Of a stretch of 64,000 nt of DNA, positions 10,400 to 18,291 are shown one piece after another. The number at the start of each line of letters is the position of its first letter. Position 1 is the first letter of the stretch. A model generated the notes under the pieces. It was not told the origin of the DNA. It made no database searches and worked only from the letters and a program-made list of their open reading frames with translations. The stretch is from an uncultured Actinomycetes bacterium (GTDB taxonomy: Bacteria; Actinomycetota; Acidimicrobiia; Spongiisociales; DATADW01): positions 533,840-597,839 of the forward strand of contig CAVTEU010000007.1 of the NCBI GenBank assembly GCA_963733905.1, written 5' to 3'. The translations under genes and the position numbers were made by a program.

Positions 10400-10479
10400 G
10401 CAGCGGCAGAGCCGCTGCGTCATGAGTTCTGGGTTATGAGTGACCCTCCCCGGAGCCGCTACGCGGCTCCGACCCTCCC
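10400..10479. repeat. two GC-rich triloop hairpins; the second is flanked by a 9-bp direct repeat
   Basis: GCAGCGGC-AGA-GCCGCTGC at 10400-10418. GGAGCCGC-TAC-GCGGCTCC at 10452-10470, flanked by GACCCTCCC at 10442-10450 and 10471-10479. Confidence 0.8.
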
Positions 10480-10618
10480 GTTCGGCGCCTGCGGCGCTGG
10501 GGCGGGTGAACATCAACGGGAAGGGCTCAAGTCACGTTGGCGGAAAGGCTCCGGACATTCCAAAAGATGGCCGGGTGACTTTTCGGGACGTTGGCCCAGT
10601 CGGCGCTGCCCACAGGCA

Positions 10619-11560
10619 ATGAGCCGAACCGCCAGGCTGGCTCCCTACCCTCCCGGCTCCGTGGGATCACGCCGACCTCTGGTCGCCGCACTGGCGCTAT
10701 GCATCGCTGCCTTCCTCTTCGGCGCCACCTTCGTCGTGGTCAAGGAGGCCATAACCTTCATCTCTCCGATGTCGTTCATCGCCTGGCGCTTTCTCCTCGG
10801 CGGTGTCGTGCTCGCCCTGTTCGCCCTCCCGCGGACGATGGCGGTTTGGCGTGACGGGTCGCTGCTCGGGATCCTCCTCTTCGCCGGGTTCGCCCTGCAG
10901 ACAGAAGGACTGGCCAGGACCAGCGCTTCGAACTCCGGGTTGATCACCGGGCTGTACGTGGTGTTCACCCCGTTGCTGGCGGCATTGGCGAGCCGGTTTG
11001 CCGGAAGACCGGCGGTATTGAGGGTCCCGACACTGGTCGGTGTGCTCCTCGCTTTCGTCGGGCTGGCGATGCTTACCGTCGGCAACGGTTTCTCACTCGC
11101 CGTCGGGGATCTTCTCACCGTCGGCTGCGCCATCGCCTTCGCCGGTCACATCGTGGCCCTCTCGGTAATCGCACCGCGTCATCCCGTGGTCCCGCTGACC
11201 GCAGTCCAGTTGCTGGTCACCTCGGTCCTCGCCTTCGCACTCGCGGCGGCGACAGGGAGCCTCGAAGTCCCCGGCAGGGAGGTGTTGATGGCGCTGCTCC
11301 TCACCGGATTGGTGGTCTCCGCCGGAGCATTCCTCATCCAGGTGTGGTCGCAGACGGTGCTCGGGCCGTCGCGGACAGCAGTTTTGCTGGCGCTCGAGCC
11401 TGCGTTTGCGGCCGCCACCGCCGCAGTCGTCCTGGGAGAACGGCTGACACCGAGAGGGTGGGCAGGGGCGGCCATCATCCTGGTGGCCATCTTCCTGGTG
11501 TTGACCCAACCCGAAGAGCCGGGGGTGATCGAGGCCGAGGCGGTCACCCCGGCGCACTGA
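10619..11560 (+). CDS. EamA/DMT family transporter
   Basis: About 10 TM segments with two EamA-like halves. I chose the ATG at 10619 because the first 61 codons of the tracked ORF (10436) are Arg/Gly-rich and not membrane-like. Confidence 0.7.
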   Translation: MSRTARLAPYPPGSVGSRRPLVAALALCIAAFLFGATFVVVKEAITFISPMSFIAWRFLLGGVVLALFALPRTMAVWRDGSLLGILLFAGFALQTEGLARTSASNSGLITGLYVVFTPLLAALASRFAGRPAVLRVPTLVGVLLAFVGLAMLTVGNGFSLAVGDLLTVGCAIAFAGHIVALSVIAPRHPVVPLTAVQLLVTSVLAFALAAATGSLEVPGREVLMALLLTGLVVSAGAFLIQVWSQTVLGPSRTAVLLALEPAFAAATAAVVLGERLTPRGWAGAAIILVAIFLVLTQPEEPGVIEAEAVTPAH

Positions 11561-11569
11561 AATCGGAGC

Positions 11570-11597
11570 AGTACTTAGTACTTAGTACTTAGTAGCT
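11570..11597 (+). repeat. tandem heptanucleotide array AGTACTT x3 + AGTAGCT
   Basis: Read directly, in the convergent gap between the EamA gene and the 94-aa ORF. A related inverted copy is at 31291-31333. Confidence 0.9.
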
Positions 11598-11613
11598 TCG
11601 AACTGGTGCTCGC

Positions 11614-11898
11614 TCAATGGGAGCTCACCACCGCCCGTTGCTGGCGGTCCATCCGGCGGGCCATCCGCAGCAGCACCCGCACAGTTGCGACGAGGGCGAA
11701 GAGCACACCGACGAGGATCAACCCGAACTCGGGGCCGGCGGTCAACCCGGTGGCGCAAGCGGCGATCCCATCGGGGCACATCCCAAACCCGCTTCCGCCG
11801 CCGGACAGGTCGATGAGGACGAGTAGCGGGATTGCCGCCACCGCCATGATGGCGAGCAGCAAGACCCCGATCAGCACCCGGATCCAAGTCACAGACAC
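11614..11898 (-). CDS. small hypothetical membrane protein
   Basis: 94-aa ORF with two hydrophobic helices and coding-like codon usage. No recognisable family. Confidence 0.45.
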   Translation of the reverse strand: MSVTWIRVLIGVLLLAIMAVAAIPLLVLIDLSGGGSGFGMCPDGIAACATGLTAGPEFGLILVGVLFALVATVRVLLRMARRMDRQQRAVVSSH

Positions 11899-11946
11899 GA
11901 AACGAAAGGTTACCTGGGTCAGGTTCCCCTAGGTACGATCCCGGCG

Positions 11947-13560
11947 GTGCAGGCCTACGTCGAGCCATTCACCGACGACGAAGTGGCCGTTCTATCCCGG
12001 TTCTTCACCAACGTCGATCAGCCCGTCTTCGCCTTGATGAATCTGCCCGAGGTGGTCAAGGGGGCCCTCTTCGCCCGCTACAGCCGGAGCGCCAAGTCGC
12101 TCCGCCGGCTGTTCCTCGACGAGTTCGTCGCCGACCCCGATGCGGGGATCGAGAGTCTCGTCGGCGGAGCGGAGCCAGGGCTCGATATCGAACGTGCGGA
12201 GCGGCTTTACCAGCGAGTGTTTGTCGAGTACGGCGACGACTCGGTGGCGCAGTTGGGTGGTGCCCACCTGGCGGTCGAGCAGGGGTCGAACCTGCTCACC
12301 AAGGCGCTGGAGTGGGGGCGGCTTGCCGCATACCTCGAGCAGAGCACCCGCTATATCCCATACGACACCAGGCTCGGCGAGCGGCACCGCTACGTGGTGC
12401 CGCCCGAGATCGAAGAGTCTCCGCTCCGCCGACGCTACGTCTCCTGGGTCGGCTCGCTGTTCGATGCCTACGGCGAGATGTTGGGCGCGATGAAAGAGCA
12501 CTACGAGAGACGATTCCCGTTGCCTGAGGGTGAGTCACCGAGGCCGTGGGCCGCATCGCTCCGAGCAAAGGCGTTCGATGCGGTCCGTGGGGTGCTACCG
12601 GCAGCAACCTCGTCCAATGTTGGTGTATTCGCCAGCGGGCAGGCCTGGGAGATGGCGCTCGTCAGGATGCGCGCCCACCCCCTTGCCGAGGTCCGCCAGT
12701 GCGCCGACGCCATGCTGGTCGAACTTCGCAGGGTGATCCCGTCGTTCCTTCGCCGGGTGGACGTGCCCGAACGAGGCGATGAATGGACGACCTATCTGGC
12801 CGATGTTCGGGAGCGGCTCGAGGACATCGCAGCCGGCCTCAGCGGGCCTGACCCGCAGCCCGGGCCAAGCGTGTCTCTGATCGACTGGGACGAGGACGCC
12901 GAGACCAAGGTCGCCGCGGCAGCCCTTTACCCGGGAAGCACTCTCGCCGATAAAGACGTGCTCGATGCGGTGGGCTGCCATGAGCGAGACCGAGCGGCGC
13001 CGATCCTTGCGGCAGCGGTCGGCGACCGCCGCAACCGGAGACACAAGCCGGGACGAGCCTTCGAGCGGGCCGTCTACCGGTTCGATGTGGTTTGTGACTT
13101 CGGCGCATTCCGCGACCTGCAACGCCATCGGATGATGACCATCGAATGGCAGCGGCTCGGCGCCATGCTTGGCCACGACACTCCGCCCGATATCCTTGAG
13201 GCGGGGATGGAGGGATTGTGGAGTGGGGTGATGGAGAATGCTTGTGAGATCCACCATGAGGTCGAGACCGTGTTGGGCGCCGATGTCGCCCAGTACGTGC
13301 TGCCTCTCGCCTTCAACATCAGGTTCGTTATGGAGATGAACGCACGCCAGGCGATGCACCTCATCGAGCTCCGCTCGCAGCCGGCCGGACACCGCGCCTA
13401 CCGCCAGGTGGCGCTCGAGATGCACCGCGCCATCGGAGAGGTTGCCGGTCACCGGCTCATCGCCGATGCCATGAGGTACGTCGACAGCTCCGACGTGGAG
13501 TTGGAGAGGCTCGAAGGGGAACGACGTGCCGAGCAGCGGCGCCACGCTCTTGGAGCGTGA
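11947..13560 (+). CDS. long ThyX (Thy1)-like protein, function uncertain
   Basis: 537-aa ORF. RHR element (FRDLQRHRMMTIEWQ) near residue 395 and an ARYSRS element near residue 45. About twice the length of canonical ThyX. Confidence 0.7.
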   Translation: MQAYVEPFTDDEVAVLSRFFTNVDQPVFALMNLPEVVKGALFARYSRSAKSLRRLFLDEFVADPDAGIESLVGGAEPGLDIERAERLYQRVFVEYGDDSVAQLGGAHLAVEQGSNLLTKALEWGRLAAYLEQSTRYIPYDTRLGERHRYVVPPEIEESPLRRRYVSWVGSLFDAYGEMLGAMKEHYERRFPLPEGESPRPWAASLRAKAFDAVRGVLPAATSSNVGVFASGQAWEMALVRMRAHPLAEVRQCADAMLVELRRVIPSFLRRVDVPERGDEWTTYLADVRERLEDIAAGLSGPDPQPGPSVSLIDWDEDAETKVAAAALYPGSTLADKDVLDAVGCHERDRAAPILAAAVGDRRNRRHKPGRAFERAVYRFDVVCDFGAFRDLQRHRMMTIEWQRLGAMLGHDTPPDILEAGMEGLWSGVMENACEIHHEVETVLGADVAQYVLPLAFNIRFVMEMNARQAMHLIELRSQPAGHRAYRQVALEMHRAIGEVAGHRLIADAMRYVDSSDVELERLEGERRAEQRRHALGA

Positions 13561-14887
13561 TGTGGCCGTCCCCGAGCCTTCGCCTGACCTCGATCCAGGA
13601 GAGCTGAGCACCCCGCCGCCCGGGCTGAAGCGGACGACGCTGGCCTTCACCGATCCGGTCATCGAACGCAGCTATCAGCTCGTCGCCGGTGCCGCCAACA
13701 CCCGCGACCTGGTCATCGGATTCCTCCTCGGAACCGGTCTCTGGGTGTTCGGAGCATGGATCGTCGACGCCAACACCCCGATCAAGCGGGGGCCGCTCCT
13801 GATCATCTGCGGTGGGATGGTCCTCGTCAACATCGTCGGGCTGATCGCGGTGCGCCGCGCCCGGACGCTCGACCAGCAACAGTGGCTGGCCGGCGGTGTC
13901 AACAGCCTCAGCGGGATCGCCCTGCTCCTGCTCGCCGAGCAGGCGCTCTATTTCGGACGGCTTGCGGTGCCCGCAGTGATGCTGGCCGCTTTGTTCGCCT
14001 TCGTGGCGCTCCGGCTCCGTTTCGTTGCTGCCGCAGCTGCCGTGCTTCCCTACCTCGCCCTCTACATCGTCCTGGCGATCGACACCTTTGCCGAATTCCG
14101 TGGGCTCGATTTCTTCCTGGTCGGATCCGCGGTGGTGGCCTCGATCGTCGGCGCCTACACCCTTGAGATCGCCCAACGGCGGGTCTTCGCCCAGCAGCGC
14201 ACCATCGCCGTGCAGAAGGCGGAGATCGAGCTGGAACGGGCCAAGTCGGACCGTCTTCTCCTCGCGGTCCTCCCGCCCTCCATCGCCCAGAGGCTGCGCG
14301 ATAACCCCGGCGTCATCGCCGATCGAGCCGACGAAGTCACAGTCATCTTCGCCGACCTGGTCAACTTCACCCCGTTGGCCGAGCAGATACCGCCTGAGGA
14401 GGTGGTCGATCTGCTCGACTCGGTCTTCTCACAATTCGACGACACCACGGTCGAGCTCGGGTTGGAGAAGATCAAGACCATGGGCGACGCCTACATGGCG
14501 GCCGGCGGGCTCCCGGAGCCGCTCGAGGACCATGCGGTCAGGGCTATCAGGCTCGGCTTCTCGATGCTCGAGGTCGTGGAGAAAGAGGCGGTCAAGCGCT
14601 CGCTCCCGCTGGCACTACGCGTCGGGATCCACACCGGAACCGTCGTTGCCGGTGTGATCGGCAAACAGCGGTTCTCGTACGACCTCTGGGGTGACGCGGT
14701 CAACATCGCCAGCCGGATGGAGTCGCACGGTGTGCCCGGGGCCATCCAGGTGAGCGAAGCGACCAAAGAGCTCGTCGAGGTGGAGTTCCCCTGTCTGCTC
14801 CACAAGGAGCTCGAGGTGAAGGGCCACGGGACCATGGGCGTCTACATCGTCCAGCCCCCCCTCGAGATCGAAGAACCGCCCGGCTGA
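13526..14887 (+). CDS. membrane-anchored class III adenylate/guanylate cyclase
   Basis: 453-aa ORF with an N-terminal multi-TM region. The C-terminal catalytic domain has VIFADLVNFT, KTMGDAYMAAGG and SYDLWGDAVNIASRMES. The start is uncertain; the tracked start overlaps the upstream gene by 35 nt. Confidence 0.88.
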   Translation: MPSSGATLLERDVAVPEPSPDLDPGELSTPPPGLKRTTLAFTDPVIERSYQLVAGAANTRDLVIGFLLGTGLWVFGAWIVDANTPIKRGPLLIICGGMVLVNIVGLIAVRRARTLDQQQWLAGGVNSLSGIALLLLAEQALYFGRLAVPAVMLAALFAFVALRLRFVAAAAAVLPYLALYIVLAIDTFAEFRGLDFFLVGSAVVASIVGAYTLEIAQRRVFAQQRTIAVQKAEIELERAKSDRLLLAVLPPSIAQRLRDNPGVIADRADEVTVIFADLVNFTPLAEQIPPEEVVDLLDSVFSQFDDTTVELGLEKIKTMGDAYMAAGGLPEPLEDHAVRAIRLGFSMLEVVEKEAVKRSLPLALRVGIHTGTVVAGVIGKQRFSYDLWGDAVNIASRMESHGVPGAIQVSEATKELVEVEFPCLLHKELEVKGHGTMGVYIVQPPLEIEEPPG

Positions 14888-14889
14888 CG

Positions 14890-15108
14890 TCAATCCTGCG
14901 GGCGGAGTGGGATGCGGAGGACCAGATGGTCCCCGTCCACCTCCCAAGTGGCGCTTGCTACGAGGCCGAAGTCGGTGAAGTCCACCTCGGCCTGCTCCAG
15001 GAATCGGCGCCTCTCCTCCCCGGCGACAGGTGGCAGGTTGCGCTCCTTGACCGCGTCCGCCCGCTCCCGATACCGCGCCAGCATCGCATCGACATCGAAT
15101 TCAGCCAT
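14890..15108 (-). CDS. small conserved hypothetical protein
   Basis: 72 aa from the ATG at 15108 (MAEFDVDAMLARYRERADAVKERN...). The upstream part of tracked ORF 14890..15279 covers the repeat region and is unlikely to be coding. Confidence 0.5.
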   Translation of the reverse strand: MAEFDVDAMLARYRERADAVKERNLPPVAGEERRRFLEQAEVDFTDFGLVASATWEVDGDHLVLRIPLRPQD

Positions 15109-15163
15109 TTGAGAACTCAGCCATCTGGCGTCCTCATCTCGCTGATTCGACCCTAACTGCGCA

Positions 15164-15258
15164 GACGGAAGTCGGAAGGCGGAAGTCGGAAGGCAAGAAC
15201 CCCAGGTCTCCAACCGCCGTCCGCCACTGGCTCGTCTGCCGTCCGCCGTCTGCCGTCT
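15164..15258. repeat. two inverted heptad arrays in a divergent intergenic region
   Basis: Left block 15164-15198: gacggaa gtcggaa ggcggaa gtcggaa ggcaaga. Right block 15214-15258, opposite orientation: ccgccgt ccgccac tggctcg tctgccg tccgccg tctgccg tct. Confidence 0.9.
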
Positions 15259-15281
15259 CATCGAGTAATAACCTCGCACCC

Positions 15282-16139
15282 GTGATCGAGCGCAGTCTCA
15301 TCTTGGTCAGTGGCAAGGGCGGGGTGGGGAAGTCGGCGGTGAGCGCTGCCATCGCCCTCATGGCGCAGCGCGCCGGGAAGAAGGTTCTCTTGCTGGCGAT
15401 GGCGCCGGGTCCCGGCCTCGCCGCCCACCTTGGGATCGGCTCATTGGAGTACGAGCCGATCGAGGTTCGACCCGGGCTACACGCCGCCGCCATCGATCGA
15501 GCGAAAGCCCTCACCGAGTACCTCCAGGCTCAGATGGGTGTTCCCAAGGTGGCGCGGTTCGGCCCGCTGGCGCGCGCTTTCGACGCCCTTGCATCGACCG
15601 CACCGGGTATCCGCGAGGTCATCACCATGGGCAAGGTGCTCTACGAGGTGAGACAGCGCCGCTGGGATCTGGTGGTGGCGGACGCACCGCCGACCGGTCA
15701 GATCGGCTCCCACCTGGTGGCACCTCGGACGGTGGCCGACCTGGTCCCCACCGGCCGGGTCAAGGGACAGGCCAGTTGGATGGATGCCATCCTCGGCGAC
15801 CCAGACCGCAGTGGTCTCCTCCTGGTATCCCTCGCCGAGGAGTTGCCGGTCAATGAGACCAAGGAGGCGCTCGCCTGGCTCGACGAGCACCAGGTGATCG
15901 ACGTTCTCCCACCGGTGGTCAACCGGGTGCTGCCAAAGCTCGAGGTGACTGCGGCGGCTGTTCGCCGCTTGGAGGAGGGGCCAGTGCGGGACGCCGCCCA
16001 ACTCCACCGCTCGCTGTACGCCGGCCAGCAGGAGTGGCTCGATGACCTGCCCCCCGGACCGCGTCTCCCCTACCTGTTCGGCCTCAACACCCCAGGCGAA
16101 GTCGCGGTGCGCCTCTCCGACCTCCTGGAGGCGGCGTGA
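15282..16139 (+). CDS. ArsA/Get3-like P-loop ATPase (first of a pair)
   Basis: 285-aa ORF with deviant Walker A VSGKGGVGKSAV. GTG start. 4-nt GTGA overlap with the next gene. Confidence 0.85.
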   Translation: MIERSLILVSGKGGVGKSAVSAAIALMAQRAGKKVLLLAMAPGPGLAAHLGIGSLEYEPIEVRPGLHAAAIDRAKALTEYLQAQMGVPKVARFGPLARAFDALASTAPGIREVITMGKVLYEVRQRRWDLVVADAPPTGQIGSHLVAPRTVADLVPTGRVKGQASWMDAILGDPDRSGLLLVSLAEELPVNETKEALAWLDEHQVIDVLPPVVNRVLPKLEVTAAAVRRLEEGPVRDAAQLHRSLYAGQQEWLDDLPPGPRLPYLFGLNTPGEVAVRLSDLLEAA

Positions 16140-17170
16140 CCCGGGCACTCCTCGTCACCGGGGGCGGTGGGGTGGGCAAGACCACGCTGGCCGCAGGGCT
16201 GGCGGTGACGGCGGCACGGCGCGGGATCGAGGCTCTGGTGGTGACCGTCGACCCGGCACGGCGGCTCGCCGACGCCCTTGGGCAGGTCAAGCTCGGATCG
16301 GAGCCGGTTCGTCATCCCGACCAGCCGCGCTTGTGGGCGGCCATGCTCGACGCCACCGCCTCCTGGCGCGCCATCGTCGAGCGCCATGCAACACCCGAGG
16401 CGGCCGGAAGGCTCCTCGACAGCGAGTTCTTCACGGCGGCGACGGGCCACTTCCCGGCCAGCCAGTCCTACGCCGCCGCCGAGGAGATGGCTGCCTACCT
16501 GGAGGCGAAGGTCTGGGATCTGGTTGTGGTGGACACGCCCCCATCAGCCGGAGGGATCGAGTTCTTCACCGCACCTGCCCAGATGGCGGATCTGATCGGC
16601 GGGCGGCTCCTCCGATGGTTGACCGGCGCCGGGTTGCCGGGCAGACAGGCCTTCTTTGATCTCGCCGCCCGACCGGCGCTTCGGGTAGCCGACAGCGTCC
16701 TCGGATCCAACCTGCTGGAACGGGTGGCACAGTTCCTCATGGACCTACGCACCACCTACGACGGGGTGTCCCGCCGTGCCAAGGAGATCGAACGGCTCCT
16801 GCGCCGGAGCGCGACGGTGGTGGTCACCACATCCGATCCCGGTCCGATGCGCGAGGCGGTCCGTTTCTTCCTCGAACTCCCCGATGTGGCGGGACGCCCC
16901 GCGGCGGTCGTTTTCAATCGCGCCCTCCCCGAGAGCTGGGCCGATGCCCACCCGGAACGCGATCTGCCGATTGCGCTGGCCGAGAACCTGGAGCGCTGGG
17001 GTGCAGAAGCGCGCCGGCAGGCGGATGTCCGGCGCGAGTTCGCCTCGCGGTACCGGGCCACCCTCTCAACGGTGCCCTGGGAGCCATCGGCACCGACGGA
17101 TCTCGATGCCCTCGAGGCGATGATCGAGAGCGCCGACGGTCTCCCTCTCACCGACCTCGGAGTCGGGTGA
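16136..17170 (+). CDS. ArsA/Get3-like P-loop ATPase (second of a pair)
   Basis: 344-aa ORF with Walker A VTGGGGVGKTTLA followed by TVDPARRLADALG. Confidence 0.85.
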   Translation: MTRALLVTGGGGVGKTTLAAGLAVTAARRGIEALVVTVDPARRLADALGQVKLGSEPVRHPDQPRLWAAMLDATASWRAIVERHATPEAAGRLLDSEFFTAATGHFPASQSYAAAEEMAAYLEAKVWDLVVVDTPPSAGGIEFFTAPAQMADLIGGRLLRWLTGAGLPGRQAFFDLAARPALRVADSVLGSNLLERVAQFLMDLRTTYDGVSRRAKEIERLLRRSATVVVTTSDPGPMREAVRFFLELPDVAGRPAAVVFNRALPESWADAHPERDLPIALAENLERWGAEARRQADVRREFASRYRATLSTVPWEPSAPTDLDALEAMIESADGLPLTDLGVG

Positions 17171-17231
17171 TCTGTCGGCCGCGAGGACTCGTTTTCGGGG
17201 ACTGGTGGCCAAAGCGGGTAACCTGTAGAAG

Positions 17232-18087
17232 GTGAGCGACCCCGCTGCGGCCGCCGCGTTCTTCGATCTCGACCGCACCCTCATCAGCGGCTCGTCCGTG
17301 TTCGTGTTCGCCGTCGAGGCGTGGCGCGCCGGGGTCGTCCCCACCTCGGAGATCGTGGGTGCAACCTCGGAAGCGCTTGCTTTCCGGCTCGTCGGTGCCA
17401 CGGACGAGCGGTCCGACGAGGTTCGGATGCGGTTGCTGGCCAAGGTCGAGGGCGCCTCGGTGGAGGAACTCGACGCCGTGGCGCGGACGGTGCTACCCAA
17501 GCTGGTCGACCGGGTACGTCCCGAATCGCGCGGTCTCCTCAAGATGCACGCCGACGCCGGCAGGGACACGTGGATCGTCTCGGCGTCGCCGCAGGCCATC
17601 ATCGAGCCGCTCGCCGGGGCTCTGGCGATGACCGGAGGCATCGGCACCAAGGCGGTCGTCGCAAACGGGCGTTACACGTCGGAGCTCGACGGCAGCTTCG
17701 TCTACGGCCAGGGAAAGGCGGAGGCGATCCAGAAGCTGGTGGCGGAGCGGGGATACGACCTCAGTCGGAGCTACGCCTACAGCGACTCGGTGTCCGACCT
17801 TCCGATGATGGAGCTCGTCGGCCATCCCGTTGCGGTCAACCCCGACGGCCCTTTGGAGGACGTCGCCCACGACAGGGGTTGGCCAATCGTCGTCTTCGCC
17901 CGAAAGACCAAGCGGGCGATCGCTCTGGGAACCGCTACCGGCTGGCGCGGTCATGGCCGCAGGGGTCGCATATGCTCTCGGCCGGCGACACGGACGGGTG
18001 GCTGCATTGGCAGAAACCGTGGCGTTGCTATCGGAACAATCCGACCTGGCGCGCACCGTCCGACGACAGGCCGCAACCCGCGGCTAG
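17232..18087 (+). CDS. HAD-IB family hydrolase (SerB-like), one apparent frameshift
   Basis: FFDLDRTLISGSS motif I, SASP, and YSDSVSDLPMMELVGHPVAVNPD. After residue 235 the tracked frame becomes Arg/Gly junk. Switching near 17935-17950 to ORF 17830..18087 gives a C-terminal hydrophobic helix (AGAVMAAGVAYALG). Length is 3n+1. Confidence 0.75.
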
Positions 18088-18124
18088 AACGGCGCGATCG
18101 AACACCGTTGGGTGTCGGGTCCCT

Positions 18125-18141
18125 TCCCCCCGCCGGGGGGA
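18125..18141 (+). terminator. possible terminator hairpin after the HAD gene
   Basis: TCCCCCC-GCC-GGGGGGA stem-loop about 40 nt after the corrected stop. No U-tail. Confidence 0.3.
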
Positions 18142-18262
18142 CGGACAGAACCGGGCGCAGGCTAGCGTGGTGGTAGCGTTGGTACGTGGTAGTACGACCC
18201 CTCCCGGCGCCGAGAAGGCTGCCGACGGAGGGTCGGAGCTGCAAGCGCTTCCGGGGGCCCAT

Positions 18263-18291
18263 CCCTGCCGTCTACCGCCGTCTGCCGTCTC
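18263..18291 (-). repeat. heptad-family repeat abutting the dnaE stop codon
   Basis: On the dnaE strand: TAG-AGACGGCAGACGGCGGTAGACGGCAGGG. Same GACGGCR unit as the other arrays. Confidence 0.8.

Noticed and set aside
18166-18196. GGTAG/GGTAC-rich stretch (gtggtggtagcgttggtacgtggtagtacg) as another heptad array
   Set aside because: The periodicity is irregular (7-9 nt) and the units are poorly conserved, so it is too weak to call as a member of the repeat family.
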